A DNA stretch of 51,146 bases, taken from positions 1 through 51,146 of the forward strand of contig JAUWMC010000002.1 in NCBI GenBank assembly GCA_030613375.1, written 5' to 3'. This document shows positions 27,101-34,831 of the stretch, piece by piece. The stretch's first letter is position 1. Every line of letters starts with the position of its first letter. This DNA comes from Candidatus Micrarchaeota archaeon (lineage in GTDB: Archaea > Micrarchaeota > Micrarchaeia > Anstonellales > Bilamarchaeaceae). The notes beneath the pieces are model-generated. The model saw nothing but the letters and a program-made list of their open reading frames with translations, had not been told where the DNA came from and did not search any database. The position numbers and the translations under genes were made by a program.

Positions 27101-29308
27101 GAGCAGGTTGTGGATTACGCGTGGAAGGACACAATACGGGAAAAAACGCACCTGAGAAAGCGCACCAAGAAACCCGCCAGAGTGGCTGATGCTGAGATAG
27201 TTGTTTACCTCCGCATGAAAAAAGTGTTCGGCACCATCTGGGAAGCAAACGTGAAGCGCAAGGGAATGAACCGGAAGGCAGTAAAGGGGATGGTACGTCC
27301 CCAGGAACTTGCTGCTGAATACATGGGATACCTGCAGAGGGGCGCAGGAATGCCAAAGGAGATGCTTGCAAAAGTAAAAGAGATGGGAATTGAAACAACT
27401 TTTCCGCACGATGGAAAATTCGTTACCACCGTAAAAAACCCTTCTGGAAAAACGGTCTTTGGAGACCTGCATGGAGACCACACCTGTCCAGTAACTACAC
27501 TAAAAGAGGTGGGATTCGTTATAGATGCCCGCCCGGACCTGGCTGTGGGAGATACCAGCATCTCCCCGAAGGACAGGTACATCCTGAATAAAGAAATTGC
27601 CCAGGGAACGCAATTCATATTTTTGGGGGATTATATAGATAGGGGACCGCACAGTCTGTATGCGGTTGATTTTGTACAATGGCTGAAAGCAGAAGTTAAA
27701 ACACTTGAAAACGGCTCCCGCGTACACACGCTCAAAGGAAACCATGAAGCCATTTTCACCAGGATTTTCAATATATATAGAAACAAGTCCACTGCAGAGG
27801 TTAAAGGGCTGATACATGAAATTGATGCCCTGCACACTGCAGAAAAAGATGGAAATCTCATTAAAAAACATGCGCTGCGTGAAAATGGACAGATAGGAGA
27901 ACTCAGAAAAGAAGGGATTTTAATAGAACGTGTAGGTACAGAAAAATTACTTGGGGAAATCCTGGATAGATATGGAACATGGGAAAAGGCAGTTGTAGAA
28001 ATGAAAAAGGAAGGGGGGCTGATGCATTTCATTGAAAATACTACTGGCGCAGTGATACTGGAAAATGAGAATGGAAATAGCCTTTATACTCACGGGGGAA
28101 TAGTGGCCAAAACTGCTGCAAGGGAGACGGACGGGACCATAATCAGGAAAACTGATGGAGAAATATTGTATGATGAGATTAGAAGTGCAGAGGACTTTGA
28201 AAAACACTTCAAATATTTCTTTAAGAATGACCTTAACTGGGTCCAGAACGGGGTTCCCACTGAATCTAAAGCAGAGAAGGAGTTCTTACGAAATATGAGG
28301 GAAAGAGGTTATTCAGGAGACTATTCAATAAGATATGCGGGTGTTCCCGAGACTGATGGAGGGGGGTTGCCCAGATCTGCAACATCCAAAGCTGGCAAGA
28401 ACCTCACCCTCTTTGCCGACAACCTAGGTCTCATGGAAATAGGTGTTGGGCATCACCCATCTGGACAAATAAGGCAGATATACTCCCAGGAAATTGGGAA
28501 TGGGAAGAATGTTGTAATGGTAGGCTACGATGCCGCACTTAGCAGCGCATACGGACCTGGATTCAGCAACTGGCAGGGCGGCCAGGCAGGACATAGCACA
28601 GCGTGGGGCTTACCGGGTGAAAGAAACAAAATCGTAACTGCAGGGAGGGAAAATGTGCCCGGGGTTAGAACACACTCAACAATTACCTCCCCCAAATTTA
28701 CAATCCCAGATATGAAAAATCCATACACTAAAGCATGGGAGCAGACTGAAGGGAAGAAAAATGCCGCTGTGCCACCTCTCCCCACAGCAGGAGTTGTCCC
28801 TGCTGCCCCAAAGCGTGCACCAGCACCAAAGAAAACTAAAGGACCAAAGATTATGCCAAAACGCCCAAATCAACCAGTAAACAAATCCCAGTCCGGGCAG
28901 AATGCTCCAATTAATCTTGTAAAAAAGGCGCACCCAAAAATGCCTGAGAATATTGAAAAGTGGGTGGACCCGGAAACAGGGCTGCCATGGAGCAAACTAA
29001 AGGAACACATGAATAATGAAAATTACTCTAAAAAATTCACACTCCCTGTTGAAATTAATGGAAAAGAAACTGAATGGACCATAAAGATTGAAGGCACCAC
29101 ACAGATTATAGGAGAAGAAATGTACTGGTACACCATTTCATCCTGGCCTGCAAATATAAACTACCCTCCCGGCCAGAATACTGGAGCAGTTATAATGCAA
29201 AAAGGAGCAAGCCTGAAGAACCTGATAATCAAAAATATCAAGAGAGACCTCACTCAAACTGGTTCTGGCAAAAAAAGCGGAGCAAAACCCCCCGGTCCAC
29301 GCAAGTGA
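21137..29308 (+). CDS. Giant 2723-aa multidomain protein: coiled-coil N-half, hydrophobic segments, C-terminal PPP-family metallophosphoesterase
   Basis: Motifs GDLHGD, GDYIDRG, GNHE, THGG, GHH in order; TTG start with AGGTG SD. Confidence 0.88.
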   Translation: MDSQFKGKGKPVLNVRSHEELGITAIAAVPIPTPVETGNLAEIAGKEAEREVNKLTNLGGQTEEIAEAALNIASQNTENAVALDSRAMAELTKESLTDKVNSLEVALEKMKSGEKYSKLPQEIKERVENVAWLASQAGNRLDSMEGPGQENVLRKASEDVSFATFAMSTVPLEKQDPASGMAKFHKKLKELREMGIEERVGREREGYIELRAAAIVASLEIRVRSNARGIALAKEYRKQNKKSYSKEENKKIRGYLALAAQLNGKAQKSLQGGKLLEADALISKSNALSSATMMYLGAVGSRNSMRPPIRRKNEYERLRTAAASEISKIEGAMNAIAALDTSMDVKELSAKTLEKFGEVQEACGAVQKKAAEAELLRFDASREGYVDKRLERVGKRTRGLIDAGQYEDATELLGVAFLYKGTYEKSSYKGIVGEDEKKKTLGQKQKELAKKFGYSPKRDNLRQARRKLGRALDALCPPEKEVKGKRMGEAYYERELAAAKGLIKSVKKGLTHAQDARQDQKDQLLVLGKGQKKKPGSVATNTDIDLMAAYGLMGRANDAEQVLDTTFQDHLDAERELYIASLNVGETMGLLATQDKLVTQKQKELAAAGKDLAKQSAGILGNVALKESFEEIEEREKEEGIIITPHGETGADRTALAVNGRLTGTLDNVMKQEARMSGLHDATVKILGGKTEETGVVGYNVAEIVDLQKEELKRSDEVLKEAGGMQAIGRSASTYLMAYRAGESRFWGNTRTVQMRDYIPRAMDKLYDAAKHVGDGKWKDASKRYGEAQGQFMEGFATASERKYNDPLIVEYKEKTQNAFDVLIGVNEGEAKDLKAAILALNATNLTVQTQYRGSQVFEGGLENIFVSFEDGGWLTLLGPAGMVAAQVYRASSKRKEVVPKTREEKLERIGYVPYEKRVARMEAKTEEVLSGKTSLFEKRGALNSIRNDADDSLETYQIAQSAEDGLFTAASLALQPIFITEMTRDTVRHGADVNTAILAAALATGKIGQFRKAASEFAEVVGKGAEQLEKLSKLQKVAQHLKDPVELVHFAATGYLVVHGTAGAVTEFEYFAATGDTRHLTAGVQSIAFQIPILTGFTAPMLRGGKTAPRAREKSLLGRVRDQRLAEQKFRERLEKSRTPEQRELEQKLKERPEAPTGEKVKETIAERKRLIKAEEKEWEELKTERKGVTPKEIAEQFRKIESSAKEIAGNRELTAEDQTHFAEGRKAEAAELRERAETLKLEAVRIKSELGEKATIDIMKRVDRLNKTAGALEKSAKIIDAQSRKKVAVKVKGVVPKIIVTETVSAKLRQNLEILEVKKEVRAAAEKKIGASALEERTNAIMRTFKGMEEVGREVVEKNPELFTQPQAKFEANVKRLRQTRKDVQKIKLVMEERGLKVPEGIERDARPYLDVNFRENVHLEVWRMEAEKLGVTVGPKAQPAAEKAAPAEAREVEYSTRRERQDASFMKKYGVEWAEKTIAENRPEANETVENQRLRYLAFNRIAREPAKVRMVLKERTIENTPKELRGIVEIEWKIYVEGMIPGLNEYSPVREMSRFKAIQSEKLAPKIKSDVDGFVRNAEGANAHGVAHDKGGHERFTNVVLKGEIPQTAWVGPMKKGPGVDRSTSSAFHGPFWVVLEGKAGAKKGPISAKEHVAYVCPSEKYMVETSRAIKDAYSQGLMTRTEAVKAISKLMTAAEAKEAPATAFRSRAGRKAGAREFWAERSALAEGEIVSFERFSRMEVKEVAAKPKKNIVEKIKELRAEEKRTGRPSLDRAMLERQIEQNPHLKKAVEEYRRMVRLSVRAEKGTQFGMVGDVEGFKAENVREAGAAKAKAGENLVDAEATAKPAEPSVGMTRARKALKAMKGARQRAKERILALARLPAKIKRLRKQRRKEKRAQVLTPKGERVKVPQEQAENASKRMQDTIFKSAITDTGMRNAIGLERGRSLAKNAWAEVYRGEAKPTFKTTLEKDTYVAMKKQVQARFEQVVDYAWKDTIREKTHLRKRTKKPARVADAEIVVYLRMKKVFGTIWEANVKRKGMNRKAVKGMVRPQELAAEYMGYLQRGAGMPKEMLAKVKEMGIETTFPHDGKFVTTVKNPSGKTVFGDLHGDHTCPVTTLKEVGFVIDARPDLAVGDTSISPKDRYILNKEIAQGTQFIFLGDYIDRGPHSLYAVDFVQWLKAEVKTLENGSRVHTLKGNHEAIFTRIFNIYRNKSTAEVKGLIHEIDALHTAEKDGNLIKKHALRENGQIGELRKEGILIERVGTEKLLGEILDRYGTWEKAVVEMKKEGGLMHFIENTTGAVILENENGNSLYTHGGIVAKTAARETDGTIIRKTDGEILYDEIRSAEDFEKHFKYFFKNDLNWVQNGVPTESKAEKEFLRNMRERGYSGDYSIRYAGVPETDGGGLPRSATSKAGKNLTLFADNLGLMEIGVGHHPSGQIRQIYSQEIGNGKNVVMVGYDAALSSAYGPGFSNWQGGQAGHSTAWGLPGERNKIVTAGRENVPGVRTHSTITSPKFTIPDMKNPYTKAWEQTEGKKNAAVPPLPTAGVVPAAPKRAPAPKKTKGPKIMPKRPNQPVNKSQSGQNAPINLVKKAHPKMPENIEKWVDPETGLPWSKLKEHMNNENYSKKFTLPVEINGKETEWTIKIEGTTQIIGEEMYWYTISSWPANINYPPGQNTGAVIMQKGASLKNLIIKNIKRDLTQTGSGKKSGAKPPGPRK

Positions 29309-29468
29309 AAAACCTGCAGAAGAAACAGCTGGATGGGGACAGGGTGAAAATGACTCCCTCTTTTCATAATAAGATTCCAAACTGCAGAAATAAATGAAAA
29401 ATTGCAAATTCCTGAAATATACTTATAAGAATTCGCTGAAAGAGAATCAGATTTTTCAGCTTTAGGAA

Positions 29469-29487
29469 TCTTGAGCTCTGCTCAAGA
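29469..29487. terminator. Perfect hairpin between convergent genes
   Basis: tcttgagc-tct-gctcaaga (8-bp stem). Confidence 0.35.
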
Positions 29488-29553
29488 GCAGAAACAGAAT
29501 ATTTCTCAAATTAGCAAATTCCCAATCAAAAATGAATTAAACCAAAAAGGAAG

Positions 29554-30081
29554 CTATTCCCTTATAATATGGAAATAACGGGAGTAATTTTGATTCTGCT
29601 CCATTTCTTTTAACTGTGTTACTTCATTTTCAGATACTGGAAGATTCTGGAAAAACTTCAGTTTCATCTCATCCAGAAAGCTGTGGTCCCCATCCGCACC
29701 GGACATACAATAAGTAGCAATTGCACCAATTTTCCCTTCCCTCGTTTCAGGGCGATCATTTGCTGACACCAGTGCATAACGGGGAGTAGTGAGAAACTCC
29801 AGGTCTTCCTTGTTTCCATATTCAACTGCAGTTGCTTTCCCACCATCAAAAAGTGCGTTTATGAAACTAATCATTTCTTTCCTGAAAAGCTTTCCGCGAT
29901 TCTCGAGCCTTTTGTCCAAAAATGCCCTCCTTGAAAGAATAAATGATGCCATTCTCTCTGTGAGGTATGTTTTTCCATCTTTATTACGAAAATTCCTAAT
30001 TCCTGCAAATGCTTTTGGGAGACCTGGAAGGATTCTTGCCCTGGGGTTTTTGGGTCCGTTTTGAAGTTCTGTTCCTGCCAT
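29554..30081 (-). CDS. Hypothetical protein (175 aa; real start ATG 30081)
   Basis: TTTATATA TATA box upstream of ATG 30081; the longer ORF call overlaps the divergent gene. Confidence 0.7.
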   Translation of the reverse strand: MAGTELQNGPKNPRARILPGLPKAFAGIRNFRNKDGKTYLTERMASFILSRRAFLDKRLENRGKLFRKEMISFINALFDGGKATAVEYGNKEDLEFLTTPRYALVSANDRPETREGKIGAIATYCMSGADGDHSFLDEMKLKFFQNLPVSENEVTQLKEMEQNQNYSRYFHIIRE

Positions 30082-30199
30082 GTAGGTAATTAGGGTTAAG
30101 GAAATATATAAAGGTTCTGAATAACGGAGCGAAAGGCATTTAAAGAACACTTTTATAAACATTTTGCAACAGTATATATAGTGCTCCGAGGTGCAATAT

Positions 30200-31441
30200 T
30201 TGGGCGAAACGAGGAAGAGCACACGGAAAATGTCCCGGCCGATTATGGTTGCGCCAGAGAAAAGAGGGGTTAATTGTGCGTTCAAAAAAGTATGCTGCAG
30301 GAAGTGCATGATTCCCCAGCGGCCCATAATTGCCAAAAAAACGAAAAAACTTGTTAAAAAGAAGATTACGAAACTCCTGAAAAAGGTCAACCGGATTAAC
30401 AGACTTCCGTTCTGGCCTGAAAAAAGAGATGCGAAGCTTAATGCAATAAAAGAGCTCCTTTTCCTGCTTGAGGGTGTGGCGATGCCAAGGAGGGATGGAA
30501 GTGTGGAATATGCATTGTGTGGAGAATCAGGTAAAAACGGAACGCAGGTGATGAGGCTGTTGAGCTCGGAGGAACTGGGAAAGATCCTGAAGAAAATTTC
30601 TCTGGAAATTAATCCAGTGGGGGGGTTCATGAGCATTTCAGAATCTGCACCCCCTTCGGGAATGAGGCTCGCTCTTGCACGGCTTCTTGGACAGATAAGT
30701 GCAGTGGAGCTCCCGAAAAAAAGGGGCGCGCTGGATATGCTTATTATGGATGGGGGGATGGAGGGGATAACAGCTATTTCAATCATGGTAGGGGAACCAA
30801 CATTGAAGAATGAAACAAGGTGGGAATACCTCAGGGCGCTTAAATGGATTGTTTCCTGTGCAGAATTTTATGCAGATGGAAATGTGGAGATATCTAATGA
30901 AGATTATGAGCTTGCTGCTGCACTTTCCAGATTTTTCCCGGTTGAGGTCATGGGTGGCCAGGATGAATCAGGCACTACACATTTTTTTGCGCTGGACAGA
31001 CTTCCCCTCCCCTCCAACGTATCTGAATCCAGGCTAAAACAGATGATTACTTTTACAATGTCAGAATTCTTTATGGCGCTTGTGGACATGTCCGCAAGGA
31101 TAGATGCAATATTTTCATCCTCACCTGAGCAAATTGAATATTATTCTGTGCTGGGAAAAGAGTATTACACATCCCTGGAGCTGGGCGTGAAACTGCTTGC
31201 GGGCAACGGAATGAGCAACAGGCACATTTTTGAAATGATTTGCGGCAGGATGGAAAAAACGTTTGGGCCGCATGATGAACTTGACCAAAAAGAGCTTGCA
31301 ATGCTAAAACATGTGGTGAGGAAGCTTGATAGAAATGGGGAAGTTGATTCTGCTGCTGCAGAAACATTCATCTCGGTTCTGGGGGAAGAAGAAATTGACC
31401 TGAGGGAACATCTGGAAAAGATCCGTTTTCATCCTGTCTAG
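30200..31441 (+). CDS. Hypothetical protein
   Basis: ORF of about 413 aa; GAGGTG SD before an in-frame TTG at 30200. Confidence 0.75.
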   Translation: MGETRKSTRKMSRPIMVAPEKRGVNCAFKKVCCRKCMIPQRPIIAKKTKKLVKKKITKLLKKVNRINRLPFWPEKRDAKLNAIKELLFLLEGVAMPRRDGSVEYALCGESGKNGTQVMRLLSSEELGKILKKISLEINPVGGFMSISESAPPSGMRLALARLLGQISAVELPKKRGALDMLIMDGGMEGITAISIMVGEPTLKNETRWEYLRALKWIVSCAEFYADGNVEISNEDYELAAALSRFFPVEVMGGQDESGTTHFFALDRLPLPSNVSESRLKQMITFTMSEFFMALVDMSARIDAIFSSSPEQIEYYSVLGKEYYTSLELGVKLLAGNGMSNRHIFEMICGRMEKTFGPHDELDQKELAMLKHVVRKLDRNGEVDSAAAETFISVLGEEEIDLREHLEKIRFHPV

Positions 31442-32307
31442 AGACCCAGTGAGGCAAGCAGCAGGGAAAGCAATCCGCAGAATAATGCCCCAAGTGAATA
31501 TTTTCTTACTATTGAGAAGGTTCTGTCTTCCCTTGCATAAAGAAGGTATAATGCAAGTATCAGGATTGAAATGTCTGCAATAAAGAGGAAAAATCCTGAA
31601 GCAAAATGGATTGTAAGGTCCATCATGTATGGGACTATTGTGAGAGGAATGAAAAGAAGGAAAAGCATTGAGGAGATAAAAAGTGATGGGCCTTTTCCAA
31701 TAATGATTGGAAGGGTTTTGGATTTCCTTGCCTTGCTGTCGCCTTTCATATCCTCTACGGATTTTACTATTTCACGCGCAAGACCTGCAATAAATCCTAA
31801 GAGGGCGATATCCCAAAGTACCTCGGGTGGGGAATCAGTGTAAACATATGCTCCAAAGATAAAGGGAATCGCCATTGTGGTTGCAATAAAGAGGTTTCCC
31901 AGGAGAGGGAGATCCTTGAGCTTTATGTTGTAAAGGATTGCAAACGCATTGTAAAATATTGCGATTAGAAATACAATTTCGTTTATGAGGTATCCTGCAA
32001 TTAGTGAAATTGCAAAGGAGAATATAGAAAGGAGGAGGGCACTCTTTGGCTGAATTGTTCCCTTTACCAAGGGACGATCCATCATTCCGTTTATTTTATC
32101 GGTTTCCCTGTCCATGTAATCGTTTAACGCAAAGGAGCCTACCTCGCTGCAAATTGGAACGAGAAGGGCAAGGTAGAAAAGCTGGTCTATTTGTGGGATT
32201 TCACCTAAAGTAATTACTATTGCTATCATTACTGCAACTGCGAGCATAATTGCGTGCTCGAACCTCACTAGTTTCCAATATTCCCTTAGATGTGCAAGGG
32301 TATCCAT
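31438..32307 (-). CDS. UbiA prenyltransferase, likely digeranylgeranylglyceryl phosphate (DGGGP) synthase
   Basis: NDYMDRETDKIN...RPL, LKDLPLLGN, REIVKSVEDMKGD, TLP; several TM helices. Confidence 0.9.
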   Translation of the reverse strand: MDTLAHLREYWKLVRFEHAIMLAVAVMIAIVITLGEIPQIDQLFYLALLVPICSEVGSFALNDYMDRETDKINGMMDRPLVKGTIQPKSALLLSIFSFAISLIAGYLINEIVFLIAIFYNAFAILYNIKLKDLPLLGNLFIATTMAIPFIFGAYVYTDSPPEVLWDIALLGFIAGLAREIVKSVEDMKGDSKARKSKTLPIIIGKGPSLFISSMLFLLFIPLTIVPYMMDLTIHFASGFFLFIADISILILALYLLYAREDRTFSIVRKYSLGALFCGLLSLLLASLGL

Positions 32308-32386
32308 CGGAGTGATCTCACGAGGTGGAAGCATGAATTGCTAACTCAGGAAAGCAATTTAAACTGTGCGCAGGCATGAAAAACAT

Positions 32387-33235
32387 ATGGAACTCCAATT
32401 TCTTGAGAGAAATGCTCCGTTTGAAAATGCCCTTGCATGCATACTGCTCGTTCCATACGAAGGAACAGTATTCTTCAGAAAGGGTGCTGCAAAAGGACCG
32501 GAAGCACTTCTTAAAGGAAGTGTGGAAGTGGAGGAATACGATATAGAACTTGGTTTTGAGCCTATAGGAGATGGGTTTCATGTAATAGAGCCGGTGAAAG
32601 GAGGGGAAAGGAATCCTGAAGAAGTAGCTGCGGATGTGAAGAAGGGAGTTATGCAGATTCTTGAGGCTGGAAAGCTTCCAATAGTTGTGGGGGGAGAGCA
32701 TAGTATCTCTGCAGGAGCCGTGGAAGCAGTTGCGAAAAAGATTCCAGATGTTTCTATTTTGTGCATAGATGCACATGCGGATTTGAGAGATTCATTTGAG
32801 GGGAGCAAATACTCACATGCATGCGCAATGAGAAGGATTATGGAATATGCAGAAAAAGGTGCGCAGGTTGGAGTAAGAAACATGAGCACTGAATGCGCAG
32901 ATTACTTAAGCAAGAATTCAAATTTGAAGAGCTGGGGAAGTGAATTTAGTAATTCTGAAGTGCTGGATGCACTTGGAGAAAACGTATACATCTCTATTGA
33001 TCTAGATGGGTTCAACCCTGCAGAGGTTCCCGGAGTTGGAACTCCGTGCCCCGGAGGCCTTTCCTGGGAAAAAGGAATTGATTTGCTTAAGGAAGTTGCA
33101 AAAAAGAAAAAGATTGTTGGTTTTGATATTGTAGAACTCGCGCCGATTGAAGGGCAGGTGGTAAGCGAGCTTTTTGCTGCTAATTTATTGTATAAGTTAG
33201 CGGGTTACTCTTTATTCCCTGAAAAATTAAGATAA
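32387..33235 (+). CDS. speB: Agmatinase (ureohydrolase family)
   Basis: GGEHS, DAHADLR, SHAC, SIDLD, PGVGTP, FDIVEL. Confidence 0.92.
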   Translation: MELQFLERNAPFENALACILLVPYEGTVFFRKGAAKGPEALLKGSVEVEEYDIELGFEPIGDGFHVIEPVKGGERNPEEVAADVKKGVMQILEAGKLPIVVGGEHSISAGAVEAVAKKIPDVSILCIDAHADLRDSFEGSKYSHACAMRRIMEYAEKGAQVGVRNMSTECADYLSKNSNLKSWGSEFSNSEVLDALGENVYISIDLDGFNPAEVPGVGTPCPGGLSWEKGIDLLKEVAKKKKIVGFDIVELAPIEGQVVSELFAANLLYKLAGYSLFPEKLR

Positions 33236-33991
33236 TTGAAGGTGCTCCTTGAAATAATCTAAAGCATGCTCCTGGAAATGCCTGAATGATTCGTACCCGA
33301 ATTGTTTGCACAATCTTAGCATAAAGGGATGCGGGGAAAAGTGAGATACGGAAACTACATATCCTTCTAAATCCGCGGAAGCAAAGAGAGTGCGCACGTT
33401 CCCCCTTTTTCCCAGTATTTTCTTTACGTAGGAGGATTGCATTGCTTGTTCCTTGGAGATTATTCTTCCTTCTAAATTCTGGTGGAAAAAGTTGAAGTGG
33501 ATTTTCTTCTTTTCCACTTTTCCGGTGATTAGGTTTTTGAGGGGCTTCTCTATACTTACGGAAATCTTCATGTCCTTTCCATCAAATGCAACTTCATATT
33601 CATCTTTCTCAAAATGGGTAAAGAGAAAGCTGGAAAGGAACGGCCTTCCGGATTCCTGCCCAACTGTTTTGGAGAGCAAAACCAATTTGTCCCCTGAAAA
33701 GAATATTGAGCGTGTTGCTCCATGCGAAAAGTGGTTGCCCATCCTTTCCCCATCCAGCAAAATAGGCTGGAAATACTTGGTAGGAATTGCAAATGCAGTC
33801 CTTGCTTCAAATAAAGGAGTGGAAAGTTTGGTTGGCCATTTAAGTGAAGTGTAGAGATTTTTGGAAAGGGAGGGGAATTGGTCCAAGAAATCATGAGTTG
33901 TTTTTAGGCGTACCTGGTCCTCCCCCACCATCTTTTCAAGTAGGGTGAGATATTCGGAATTTGTGGATGCAATTTCGCAAATTTTGCACAT
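33227..33991 (-). CDS. Hypothetical protein with N-terminal CxxC, operonic with slyD
   Basis: 254-aa ORF starting immediately after the slyD stop. Confidence 0.8.
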   Translation of the reverse strand: MCKICEIASTNSEYLTLLEKMVGEDQVRLKTTHDFLDQFPSLSKNLYTSLKWPTKLSTPLFEARTAFAIPTKYFQPILLDGERMGNHFSHGATRSIFFSGDKLVLLSKTVGQESGRPFLSSFLFTHFEKDEYEVAFDGKDMKISVSIEKPLKNLITGKVEKKKIHFNFFHQNLEGRIISKEQAMQSSYVKKILGKRGNVRTLFASADLEGYVVSVSHFSPHPFMLRLCKQFGYESFRHFQEHALDYFKEHLQLS

Positions 33992-34639
33992 CTACTCTTC
34001 CTTCAAATCAACCTTTTTAATTCCTGGGATTTTAGATTTGACCGTAACCAAGAGCATTGCCTTGTGAAGTTCGTATTCCTGTCCTTCTTTTTTCTTGAGG
34101 GTTATATTGAGCTCGTTTTCTTTGGAAAGCTTAAAATCTCCTTCAAGTTCAAGATAAGAAATGAGTTCTTTTACCTTGTCCTCAGATTTTGAGTATACCT
34201 TGAGAAGGTTTAGGTGGTAATCTACTTCCTGTCCCGCAATAGGGTGATTAAAGTCTACCATTACTCTTCCTCCAGTTACGCTCTTTACTGTTCCATAGAG
34301 GCGGCCAGTATCCGTATCCACATGGATTACGAGGCCTGGTTCTGGATTTACCTGGTGTTTTGCAAATTCAGTTGAAGACATTATTTTTACAAGGTCTTTT
34401 TTCCTGTCTCCGAATGCCTGCTGAGAAGTAAGATGGATATCCTTTTCCTCACTTTCCTTCATTCCAAGAAGTGCATCGTAAATTCCGGGGATTAGCCGAT
34501 CCATTCCAAAAACTACCATGAGGGGACCTTCTTTTCCATGGAGCTTTTTTGCAATTTCTCCTTTTGTGGAATCAAATGTTCTTCCGTTCTGGTCTTTCCC
34601 TTCTAGCTCTAAGAGTATGAAATCTCCTTTTTCTACCAT
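33992..34639 (-). CDS. slyD: FKBP-type peptidyl-prolyl isomerase (long archaeal SlyD type)
   Basis: GRTFDST, LIPG, AFG, GRVMVDFNHPIAG; GGTGT SD before ATG 34639. Confidence 0.92.
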   Translation of the reverse strand: MVEKGDFILLELEGKDQNGRTFDSTKGEIAKKLHGKEGPLMVVFGMDRLIPGIYDALLGMKESEEKDIHLTSQQAFGDRKKDLVKIMSSTEFAKHQVNPEPGLVIHVDTDTGRLYGTVKSVTGGRVMVDFNHPIAGQEVDYHLNLLKVYSKSEDKVKELISYLELEGDFKLSKENELNITLKKKEGQEYELHKAMLLVTVKSKIPGIKKVDLKEE

Positions 34640-34690
34640 AGTTAACACCAAATAATCAAGAGGATTTAGCATATATTGTGGCGGTGCTCT

Positions 34691-34831
34691 GTGGCTACTC
34701 CCCGCCCTAAAGGACGGGGCTTCTCCTTCACAAATAGATCTTCCTGATTCATAGAGATACTTGCCCATTATACTTTATAATGGTAGAGGCATCTTCTCAG
34801 CAGGCTTTACTTCCCCGCGCCCACGGGTAGC
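34691..34831 (-). ncRNA. TnpB omegaRNA (reRNA) scaffold and IS200/IS605 right end; predicted guide begins at 34690 (AGAGCACCGCCACAATATAT)
   Basis: Overlaps the tnpB 3' end; terminal GAAGCCCCGTCCTTTAGGGCGGGGAGTAGCCAC hairpin typical of IS605 right ends. Confidence 0.75.

Noticed and set aside
21145..28933. Many long minus-strand ORFs (e.g. 393 aa, 360 aa) within the giant gene
   Set aside because: Ser/Phe/Leu-rich antisense shadows of a Lys/Glu/Ala-rich coding strand.
30082..30786. N-terminal extension of the 410-aa ORF 29554..30786
   Set aside because: Antisense shadow of the divergent gene; TATA box and ATG at 30081 give a better start.
34640..34768. N-terminal extension of slyD
   Set aside because: It runs through the IS right end and omegaRNA; the SD supports ATG 34639.
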